Shown piece after piece: positions 6,784-13,766 of a DNA stretch of 16,014 nucleotides. The translations under genes were made by a program, and so were the position numbers. Source of the DNA: an uncultured bacterium (GTDB taxonomy: Bacteria; Edwardsbacteria; AC1; EtOH8); contig CAWAAX010000007.1 in assembly GCA_963780225.1 (NCBI GenBank), positions 1 to 16,014 on the forward strand, given 5' to 3'. Every line of letters starts with the position of its first letter. Positions within the stretch are counted from its first letter, which is position 1. The notes below the pieces were generated by a model. It worked only from the letters and a program-made list of their open reading frames with translations, was not told where the DNA came from and did no database searches.

Positions 6784-9069
6784 TCATTTCTTTTGAAACT
6801 CCTTCACGTCAAACTGCCAGAGCAGGAATGCCCAGGTATCGGCTGTTTCTTCCAGATATTGCGTTTTGGTTGACCCAATACCATGGCCAGCTTCGTAGTC
6901 AACCCGGAATAAAATAGGTTTCCCGCTGGCGGTGGCCGCCTGTAGCCTGGCTGTCATTTTTGCTGATACCCAAGGATCAACCCGCGGATCGTTTATTCCA
7001 TGGGTCAAAAGAACTGCAGGGTAATGTACGCCGTTTACGACATGATGGAGAGAACTCATTTCATACAACCCTCGGAATCCCTCTTCCGTCTTGGTGCTGC
7101 CAAATTCCGGGATATTCGGCACCCCATTCGCAGTCGTTTCCATCCGGACCATGTCTAACGATCCAGCGCCGATGACCGCAGCAGCGAAAAGATCGGGACG
7201 CTCGGTAATTGCCCTTCCGATGAGGAGGCCGCCCGCGCTGCCGCCCACTCCAGCCAGCCGGGCCGGGGAAGTGTATTTTTTATCAATCAGGTACTGGGCG
7301 CAGGCGATGAAATCCTTCCAGGTATTCGGCTTCCTGAGCTTCTGTCCGGCAAGGTGCCACTCCTTTCCGTACTCACCGCCGCCACGGACATGGGCAATGG
7401 CAAAGACCCCGCCCTGTTCGAGCCACCCAATATTCATCGGATCAAAATTGACGGAAGTGCTGATCCCGTACGAGCCGTATCCCGTCAGAATGGTGGGGTT
7501 TGTCCCGTCGAGTATGATTCCAGATTTATACATAATTGAAAGAGGAACGAATACGCCGTCATGGCTCTTTACTTTTACTTCCTTCGACTCATAACCGGGG
7601 ACATTGTCAAATTGCCCTTGCGGCTTGAGGCCGGTATCGGTGAATGTCTTTTTTTCTGGGTCATAGTTATAGATTCTGCCTTCCGTTGTCCAAGTACTGG
7701 TGGTGACAAATACGCCGTCGATTTCCCGGTTCGAAGATATTACGTAACCTGATCCGTTGTTCGGAAGAGAAAGTCCCTTCGGTTTCAGGGAAGCATAATC
7801 AACCCGAATGATACGTTTATATCCTCCGTCTAAAACACGGACATACAAAGCGTCCTTTGCTGGTGAGGCGCGTTCAATGACAACCTCACCTGGAGGAATA
7901 ATAATCTTTGCCTTCGCAAAATCTGGTCTTGCCAATGGCGTACGCACTAATTTATACCGCGGGGCGCCTTTTGCGGAAATCAAGTAGATGTCATCCTTCA
8001 TAATTGAGAAGTCCACCACTGAATCCGAAACATCGCATATTTTAACCCAGGGAGTATTGGGCTGGGTAATGAATTCCACCGGCACACAATATAGGCTCAG
8101 CTCGTTATTGTCTCCATGCTGGATCTGGGCAACAGCAAAACGCGAGCCTTTTGTTACCCAGATACTCGGAAAGTCAGTTGGTTCAATGTTCACTTGTGAA
8201 AACTGCCCAGATGAGAGCAAGAGTTGATCCTGGTCTGCATTCTCGCCCAAGTGATGCAGGTAAGTGCGGGAATTGTTATATAATTCTGTGCGCGGTGTTT
8301 CGGGGGTCGTCTTTTGCCACCTGGCGTAGATGAACGATCTGCCATCCGGAAGCCAGTTTGGTATGCTGTACCAAGAATCAATCCGGGCGATGGAATCCGT
8401 CAGGTCCCGGCCCGCCGCAACATCAAGTACATATAAAGTGGTCACCTCCGAACCATTCCTGGTTATACCGTAGAGGATGTATTTCCCGTCCGGGGACGGG
8501 TTATAGAATTGCAACGAGTGATGTCCCCCCTCAGATGCATTGCGTTTCTCGGGATCGACCAAGAGTTCTTCCGGGCCCTGCAATCCGTGCCGGACATAAA
8601 GTTTCTCGACGTTCTCCGAAGAAAGCATTTTATAGTAATAGATAGTTCCGTCCGGGCGGCGGTTAAAGTAGTAACTTCGGTATGGAGCACCGCTATCGAG
8701 TTCGTTGATCCGGGCCATCAACGCATCGTGTCCGGGGATTTGTTTTAAAACCGATGTCGCATAGTCCGCTTGACCTTTGATCCAGGTTTTAACCTCTGTA
8801 TTGTTCAGGTCTTCCATGTAACGGTAGTTGTCGACAACCTGCATTCCGTAGAACTCATCTGTCACAGGCCTGACTGGTGCGACAGGGATCAGTATGTTGG
8901 ATATCTCCCTGCCGGTCAGGGAATCCTCAAGTTTTGTCTTATTGTCCAATTCTGGGATGGCTCTGATCTCCTTCTTGCCGGCATAGGGCGGCAGGGTTGA
9001 CATCCGGGTAGCGCAACCGCCCAGGACCAGGATTAAAAGAACAAGCAGAACAAGTTTGTTGTTTGCCAT
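6784..9069 (-). CDS. Prolyl oligopeptidase family S9A serine peptidase, predicted lipoprotein
   Basis: DNYRYMEDL, GYGSYG, VRGGGEYGKEWH, nucleophile GGSAGG, NDPRV (Asp) and AGHG (His). Start revised to ATG 9069 (AGGAGA RBS), followed by MANNKLVLLVLLILVLGG-C lipobox. Confidence 0.93.
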   Translation of the reverse strand: MANNKLVLLVLLILVLGGCATRMSTLPPYAGKKEIRAIPELDNKTKLEDSLTGREISNILIPVAPVRPVTDEFYGMQVVDNYRYMEDLNNTEVKTWIKGQADYATSVLKQIPGHDALMARINELDSGAPYRSYYFNRRPDGTIYYYKMLSSENVEKLYVRHGLQGPEELLVDPEKRNASEGGHHSLQFYNPSPDGKYILYGITRNGSEVTTLYVLDVAAGRDLTDSIARIDSWYSIPNWLPDGRSFIYARWQKTTPETPRTELYNNSRTYLHHLGENADQDQLLLSSGQFSQVNIEPTDFPSIWVTKGSRFAVAQIQHGDNNELSLYCVPVEFITQPNTPWVKICDVSDSVVDFSIMKDDIYLISAKGAPRYKLVRTPLARPDFAKAKIIIPPGEVVIERASPAKDALYVRVLDGGYKRIIRVDYASLKPKGLSLPNNGSGYVISSNREIDGVFVTTSTWTTEGRIYNYDPEKKTFTDTGLKPQGQFDNVPGYESKEVKVKSHDGVFVPLSIMYKSGIILDGTNPTILTGYGSYGISTSVNFDPMNIGWLEQGGVFAIAHVRGGGEYGKEWHLAGQKLRKPNTWKDFIACAQYLIDKKYTSPARLAGVGGSAGGLLIGRAITERPDLFAAAVIGAGSLDMVRMETTANGVPNIPEFGSTKTEEGFRGLYEMSSLHHVVNGVHYPAVLLTHGINDPRVDPWVSAKMTARLQAATASGKPILFRVDYEAGHGIGSTKTQYLEETADTWAFLLWQFDVKEFQKK

Positions 9070-9193
9070 GAGATGGTCTCCTAAAATGGATGTTGTTCGG
9101 TTTAAGAAAGACCAACCAGCCGCCCCTGCAATTGAACTGAGATATTTCCCGTGCTTCGGTTCTTCCCTTTTTCTGTGGTAAAATCTTTTTTTG

Positions 9194-9220
9194 TTCTCTG
9201 TGTCTCTGTGCCTCAGTGGC
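9194..9220 (-). repeat. Single arm of the GCCAC periodic repeat family
   Basis: Minus strand gccactgaggcacagagacacagagaa, just downstream of the cysS stop. Confidence 0.6.
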
Positions 9221-9230
9221 ATATACAATC

Positions 9231-10643
9231 TCATTCCCCGAACTTCTTCTCCCTTACCGTCTGCCCGCCCTTGCCGTCCTCCACCACGTAGCCCAGGGCC
9301 AGGATCTGGTTTCTGATGGCATCCGAGCCGGCCCAGTCTTTGGCGGCCCGGGCCTCTTTGCGCTTCTGCAGAAGTTGTTCCACCTCCGCGGGAAGACCTG
9401 AGTCCTTCTTGCTATCCAGCAGATTCAAGCCCAGCACCCGGTCGTAGCCGCCTATCAGCTCCAGTTTCTGGGCGGGGCTGAGATCTGATGACTTCACCGT
9501 ATCCCACAGTACCGCTATTGCCTGCGGCATGTTCAGGTCGTCGTTGATGGCCGATAGGAACTTGTCTTTCCACCCGGAAATGTTCCCACCTTCGGAACTT
9601 CCCATCTTCTCACCTTCGGTATTTCCTACCTTCTCACCTTCGGAACTTCTTAGTTTAGTTATCTCAGCTCTGAGATTCTCCAGCGCCCGCTGGGCGGCGG
9701 TCAGCGATTCCCAGGTGAAGTTCAACTGCGAACGGTAGTGCCCGGTAAAGCAGAAATAGCGGTAAGCCAGGGGATGGTAACCCTTTTCCTTCAGGTCCAT
9801 CACCCGGAAAAAGTTGTTCAACGACTTGGACATCTTGCCTCCGTCCACCAGAAGATGCTCGGCGTGCATCCAGCACCGCACCCATGGCTTGCCGGTGGCC
9901 GCCTCGGTCTGGGCTATCTCGTTCTCATGATGCGGGAAGATCAGGTCCACCGCACCTACATGGATGTCAAAGGTCTCGCCCAGGTACTTGGTGCTCATGG
10001 CCGAGCACTCGATGTGCCAGCCGGGGCGGCCCTTGCCGAAGGGCGACTCCCAGAACACCTCCCCGTCCTTGGGTTCCCAGGCCTTCCACAGGGCAAAGTC
10101 GGAGAGACTTTCCTTTTCGTACTCGTCGCTGGCCACCCGGGCCCCGGCCTTAAGCCCGGCCAGGTCTATGCCCGATAGTTTGCCGTATCCGGCGAATTTG
10201 GCAATGTTGAAATAGGTGGCCCCGTCCCCGCTCTGGTAGGCGTAGCCCTTATCTGAAAGCCGTTGCACCAGGGCTATCATCTCCGGGATGTGCCCGGTGG
10301 CCTTGCACAGGATGTCCGGCTGCTGGATGTTCAGCTCGGCGCAGTCATCCAAAAAGATCTTTGTGTATTTCTCGGTAAAGTCCTTTAAGCTCATCCCCTC
10401 TTTTTGCGAATCGCGGATGGTCTTGTCGTCCACGTCGGTGATGTTCATCACGTGGCTGAGCCCAAAGCCGTTGTACTGGAACATCCGGCGCAATGTGTCC
10501 TCGAACACGTAGGTCCGCAGGTTGCCGATGTGGGCGTAGTTGTATACGGTGGGCCCGCAGGCGTAGATGCCGGCCTGGCTGGGTTTTAAGGGAATGAATT
10601 CCTCTTTTTTCCGGGTCATGGTGTTGTAAAGTTTGATGGCCAT
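9231..10643 (-). CDS. cysS: Cysteine--tRNA ligase
   Basis: YACGPTVY, HIGN, NITDVDDK, DFALWK, GRPGWHIECSAM, FPHHENE, KMSKS. Start revised to ATG 10643 (MAIKLYNT, GGAG RBS). Confidence 0.98.
   Translation of the reverse strand: MAIKLYNTMTRKKEEFIPLKPSQAGIYACGPTVYNYAHIGNLRTYVFEDTLRRMFQYNGFGLSHVMNITDVDDKTIRDSQKEGMSLKDFTEKYTKIFLDDCAELNIQQPDILCKATGHIPEMIALVQRLSDKGYAYQSGDGATYFNIAKFAGYGKLSGIDLAGLKAGARVASDEYEKESLSDFALWKAWEPKDGEVFWESPFGKGRPGWHIECSAMSTKYLGETFDIHVGAVDLIFPHHENEIAQTEAATGKPWVRCWMHAEHLLVDGGKMSKSLNNFFRVMDLKEKGYHPLAYRYFCFTGHYRSQLNFTWESLTAAQRALENLRAEITKLRSSEGEKVGNTEGEKMGSSEGGNISGWKDKFLSAINDDLNMPQAIAVLWDTVKSSDLSPAQKLELIGGYDRVLGLNLLDSKKDSGLPAEVEQLLQKRKEARAAKDWAGSDAIRNQILALGYVVEDGKGGQTVREKKFGE
9587..9650. 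repeat. In-frame tandem repeat in cysS (8-bp subunits, 24-bp period)
   Basis: caccttcg/gaacttcc/catcttct/caccttcg/gtatttcc/taccttct/caccttcg/gaacttct, encoding RSSEGEKVGNTEGEKMGSSEG. Confidence 0.85.
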
Positions 10644-10678
10644 GGGGTCTCCGTGGTTGGTTAAAAGTTGATTTGGAA

Positions 10679-10758
10679 AACTCAACCCGCTTCGGCTTTG
10701 CTCAGCGCAAGCCTTGCTCCCCTTCTCTTACCAAGAGAAGGGGTCAGGGGATGAGTTC
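10679..10758. repeat. AACTCAACCC...GGGGATGAGTT palindromic element, copy 1 (with 24-bp insert 10689-10712)
   Basis: aactcaaccc[gcttcggctttgctcagcgcaagc]cttgctccccttctcttaccaagagaaggggtcaggggatgagttc. Confidence 0.85.
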
Positions 10759-10772
10759 ATAGATTCTAATTC

Positions 10773-11276
10773 CTACAGCACCTTGGCATACAAACAGACA
10801 TCGTGCATGGTTCCGCTGTGCTCCTTGTCCTCCACCACCTTTTTCATCAGGCCCTCTTTGACATACCCGGCTTTGACCGCCACCTTCTCGCTGGCGGCGT
10901 TCTCCGGCTGCATCAGTATCTCTATCCGGCTCAGCTTAAGCTCATGGAAACACTTCTGCTCCAGCAGCCGCACCGCCTCGGTGGCGATGCCCTGTCCCCA
11001 GCGCTTTTCCTCGATGAAATACCCGATCTCGCCGATGTGCTTCCTGGCGCCGTTGATCCGGACCCCAACTCCCCCGCAGACCTCGCCGTCGCACAGGATG
11101 GAATAGTTGTACTGCAGGCCGTTGGCCATGTCGCGGATGCTGGCCCGCAGCCAGTTCTCCTCGTCCTCCACGGATTTGGGATTGGCGCTGAAATAGGTGA
11201 AATTGGGGTTGCTCAGTATCTCGTAAAAGCGCCGAGCGTCCCCGATCTCCTGGAGCCGTATTTGAATGGTGGACAT
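10773..11276 (-). CDS. GNAT N-acetyltransferase, RimJ/RimL-like
   Basis: GEIGYFI...WGQGIATEAV (acetyl-CoA motif A), RIEILMQPENAASEKVAVKAGYVKEG. Confidence 0.92.
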   Translation of the reverse strand: MSTIQIRLQEIGDARRFYEILSNPNFTYFSANPKSVEDEENWLRASIRDMANGLQYNYSILCDGEVCGGVGVRINGARKHIGEIGYFIEEKRWGQGIATEAVRLLEQKCFHELKLSRIEILMQPENAASEKVAVKAGYVKEGLMKKVVEDKEHSGTMHDVCLYAKVL

Positions 11277-11331
11277 GTTAGTGAATTGTCTCTGGATTTG
11301 CTAAGAGTTTATTAAGTAATTTTTTAAACTA

Positions 11332-11389
11332 AACTCAACCCCTTTGCTTCCCCTTCTCTTGGTAAGAGAAGGGGTTAGGGGATGAGTTC
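11332..11389. repeat. AACTCAACCC...GGGGATGAGTT palindromic element, copy 2 (no insert)
   Basis: aactcaacccctttgcttccccttctcttggtaagagaaggggttaggggatgagttc. Confidence 0.85.
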
Positions 11390-11413
11390 CCTTAAACTGC
11401 CAAAACCATATGT

Positions 11414-11442
11414 ATCTTAAAGCTTTCCGCCGTTTTTGTCAA
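11414..11442 (-). promoter_or_regulatory. sigma70-type promoter for the GNAT-cysS unit
   Basis: Minus strand TTGACA (11442-11437), 17 nt, TAAGAT (11419-11414). Confidence 0.7.
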
Positions 11443-11501
11443 TACCAAAAAGTACTGGGAAAGGCCCGTCCCAAAAATAGGAAAATACCGTCCGATTTCA
11501 A

Positions 11502-11530
11502 TTGACAATGCGGTGTAAATATGATAATTT
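11502..11530 (+). promoter_or_regulatory. sigma70-type promoter for the hypothetical-SPFH unit
   Basis: TTGACA (11502-11507), 17 nt, TAATTT (11525-11530) preceded by TGn (extended -10). Confidence 0.7.
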
Positions 11531-11557
11531 TTATGTTTAACACCCAGGGGCTAATTT

Positions 11558-11658
11558 GCCACAAAAGGCACAAAGCACACAAAAATAAATATGAGTGCCA
11601 ATATCTATTTATAAAATATCTACTGAGTTTATTTTGTGATTTATGTGCTTTCTGTGGC
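11558..11658. repeat. Long imperfect inverted repeat, GCCACAAAAGGCACAAAG family
   Basis: gccacaaaaggcacaaagcacacaaaa ... ttttgtgatttatgtgctttctgtggc, with an AT-rich spacer. Confidence 0.75.
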
Positions 11659-11732
11659 TATTAAAAAGTTTTTGCGTTTTTTCGTGGTTTTAGCGGGAAA
11701 TAATCAGCAAACAAGAATACAAGGAGACAGCC

Positions 11733-12233
11733 ATGCCCGACGCCAGCGACAAGATCCGCAGTTTCATCGAGAAGATGATCCGGTGGGTGCCCGGTTACAC
11801 CGGCTACGCCGACAAGGAATCCCGCCGCAACACCGACAAGCTCTTGCGAATGCACCTGGCCGGAAAGCTTGAAGAAAGCAAGACGGCCTTCGACTCCTTC
11901 GTCATCGGACTGACCCAGAAACCCGAAGCGCTTGACCTGCTCAACACCTCCGCCTCGATCACCCAGCATATGGAAAAGGTGATAGACCGGCTTAAGCTGG
12001 CCGACTACGGCTACGCCGGTTTCTTTGACAGCCAGAAGATACAGGAGCCCCAGCTGGACGCGCTCTACAAGTTCGACCAGGACCTGGCCGTGGCCATCAC
12101 CGCCATCCGGAACAAGGTAGCCTCCCTGACCCCCGACCAGGCCGCCCTGTCCTCCCTGCTTTCAGACCTCCAGGACTTTGACATCAAGCTTAACGCCCGC
12201 CACGACGCGATCACCGGCAGCCCGGCGCTGTAG
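11733..12233 (+). CDS. Conserved hypothetical helical protein, co-transcribed with the SPFH gene
   Basis: AAGGAG RBS and GC3-rich codons. The motifs PGYTGY..KE.RR.TDKLLR and A.YGYAGFFD..KI....LD.LY.FD resemble, from memory, a family often found beside SPFH/zinc-ribbon genes. Confidence 0.8.
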   Translation: MPDASDKIRSFIEKMIRWVPGYTGYADKESRRNTDKLLRMHLAGKLEESKTAFDSFVIGLTQKPEALDLLNTSASITQHMEKVIDRLKLADYGYAGFFDSQKIQEPQLDALYKFDQDLAVAITAIRNKVASLTPDQAALSSLLSDLQDFDIKLNARHDAITGSPAL

Positions 12234-12246
12234 TGCCCCTTGCCTG

Positions 12247-12391
12247 ACCATTGGACCAACCATTGGACCAACCAATGGACCAAACAATCGTATCCCCATC
12301 GTATACCCACTGTATCCCTATTCTATCCCCATTGCATCCCCACCGCATAACAATCGTATCCCCACCGTATCCCCACCGCATAACAATCGTA
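12247..12391 (+). repeat. Intergenic tandem repeats: 3 x 12 bp followed by ~10 x 11 bp
   Basis: accattggacca x2 plus accaatggacca (12247-12282); then from 12287 atcgtatcccc/atcgtataccc/actgtatccct/attctatcccc/attgcatcccc/accgcataaca/atcgtatcccc/accgtatcccc/accgcataaca/atcgta. Confidence 0.9.
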
Positions 12392-12405
12392 CAAGGAGCA
12401 AAAAG

Positions 12406-13434
12406 ATGGCCAAGATAATGGAAGTCATAGAATTTCTGGATAACACCGGCAACCAGATGGTTCACCGCATCCCCGAGGACGGCTCGGGCGAGACCAAGAT
12501 CGGCTCCCAGCTGGTGGTGCGGGAAAGCCAGCAGGCGGTGTTCTTCCGGGACGGCAAGGCCCTGGACGTGTTCGGCCCCGGCCGGCATACTCTGACAACG
12601 ATGAACATTCCGCTGTTGATCAATGTGATCAAGACCGTCTTCGACGGCAAAAGCCCCTTCAGGGTGGAGGTCTGTTTCGTCAGCACCAAGGTCTTCACCG
12701 ACCTCAAGTGGGGCACGGCCGAGCCCATCCCCTTCGCCGACGAGGAACTGAAGATGATCCGCCTGCGCTCCCACGGCATCTACTCGGTCAGGATCAAGGA
12801 TCCCCAGCTGTTCGTCAACAAGCTGGTGGGCACCCAGGGGCTTTATACCACCGAGCAGATAGACAATTTCCTAAAGACCATCGTGGTCTCCCGGCTGACC
12901 GACTTTTTGGGCGACACCTACAAGTCCATCTTCCAGGTGGCCCGGCACTACGACGAGCTGGGCACGGGGTTGAAAGCCAGACTGCAGGAGGATTTCGGCA
13001 AGTACGGGTTGGAAGCGGTGGACGTCTACATCAACGCCATCACCCCGCCGGAGGAAGTGTCGGCCAAGATAGACGAGCGCACCGGCATAGCGGCCCTGGG
13101 CGACATGAACACCTACTTAAAATACAAGGCGGCCAACGCCATGGGCGACGCGGCCAAGAATGAGAGCGGCAGCGCCGGGGCCGGCATGGGCCTGGGCGCG
13201 GGTCTGGGAATGGGAATGATGCTGCCGGGAATGCTGCAGCAGGCCATGGCCTCGGGGCAGGCCCTTCCCTGCCCCAAATGCCAGACCCCGAACATGGCCG
13301 GGGCCAAGTTCTGCAGTAACTGCGGGGGAACGCTGGTGGCGGCGGCTCCGGCGATGATCCCCTGCCCCAAGTGCGGGAAGCCGATAGCACAGGGGAGCAA
13401 GTTCTGCCCGGAGTGCGGGGAGAAACTGGGGTAA
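12406..13434 (+). CDS. SPFH/Band-7 domain protein (YdjI / 'virion core protein'-like) with C-terminal double zinc ribbons
   Basis: GSQLVVRESQQAVFFRDGKALDVFGPGRHTLTT.NIP, KWGT..PI, G-rich GAGMGLGAGLGMG linker, CPKC..CSNC and CPKC..CPEC. Start revised to ATG 12406 (AAGGAG RBS). Confidence 0.9.
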   Translation: MAKIMEVIEFLDNTGNQMVHRIPEDGSGETKIGSQLVVRESQQAVFFRDGKALDVFGPGRHTLTTMNIPLLINVIKTVFDGKSPFRVEVCFVSTKVFTDLKWGTAEPIPFADEELKMIRLRSHGIYSVRIKDPQLFVNKLVGTQGLYTTEQIDNFLKTIVVSRLTDFLGDTYKSIFQVARHYDELGTGLKARLQEDFGKYGLEAVDVYINAITPPEEVSAKIDERTGIAALGDMNTYLKYKAANAMGDAAKNESGSAGAGMGLGAGLGMGMMLPGMLQQAMASGQALPCPKCQTPNMAGAKFCSNCGGTLVAAAPAMIPCPKCGKPIAQGSKFCPECGEKLG

Positions 13435-13437
13435 CTA

Positions 13438-13544
13438 TTGACCCCTCCCCTGCCCCTCCCCGCTGCGGAGAGGGATGGCATAAGTGCCATAGGCTTTGGA
13501 AAAAGCCTTGATGATAACCAGCGATATCATTAATGGTATCGCTG
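13438..13544. repeat. Stack of four palindromes downstream of the SPFH gene
   Basis: ttgacccctccc...ggagaggga (13438-13475); atggca-taag-tgccat (13475-13490); aggcttt-ggaa-aaagcct (13491-13508); cagcgatatcattaatggtatcgctg (13519-13544). Confidence 0.8.
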
Positions 13545-13624
13545 AAAGGTGCGGGGAGAAACTGGCATAGCACCTTTCCCACGAAATACACGAAAAGACG
13601 CGAAAAACAATTACTTTTTACTTG

Positions 13625-13733
13625 CATCCCTCTCCAAATGCATTTGGAGAGTGCCTGCACTGAGAAAGGCCTGTTATTATGCTTTCGAAGTGGGCAGGCC
13701 TGTACTGAGCATGGCCGAAATAGGTGAGGTCAA
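13625..13733. repeat. Inverted CCCTCTCC..GGAGAG hairpin element interrupted by two nested modules
   Basis: catccctctcc-aaatgcattt-ggagag[tgcctgcactgag...tcgaagt]gggcag[gcctgtactgagcatggccgaaat]aggtgaggtcaa; with the inserts removed it resembles the reverse complement of 13438-13477. Confidence 0.7.
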
Positions 13734-13766
13734 AACAATATAGCGATAGCTGAAGACTAATCAATC

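Noticed and set aside
9143..9168. Possible degenerate duplicate of the cysS 3' end (aagggaagaaccgaagcacgggaaat versus aagggagaagaagttcggggaat)
   Set aside because: The match needs gaps in purine-rich sequence and could easily be chance.
9070..9234. 55-aa N-terminal extension of the peptidase ORF overlapping the cysS stop
   Set aside because: It translates a repeat arm and intergenic DNA; the RBS and lipoprotein signal indicate a start at 9069.
11455..11495. Short repeats between the divergent promoters (gggaaaggcccgtccca / ggaaaataccgtccga)
   Set aside because: They could be an operator but are too degenerate to support without comparative data.
12247..12391. Possible CRISPR array
   Set aside because: Units are 11-12 bp and contiguous with no unique spacers; no cas genes are present.
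12178..12405. 76-aa N-terminal extension of the SPFH ORF
   Set aside because: It overlaps the upstream gene and merely translates the tandem repeats; a clear AAGGAG RBS precedes ATG 12406.
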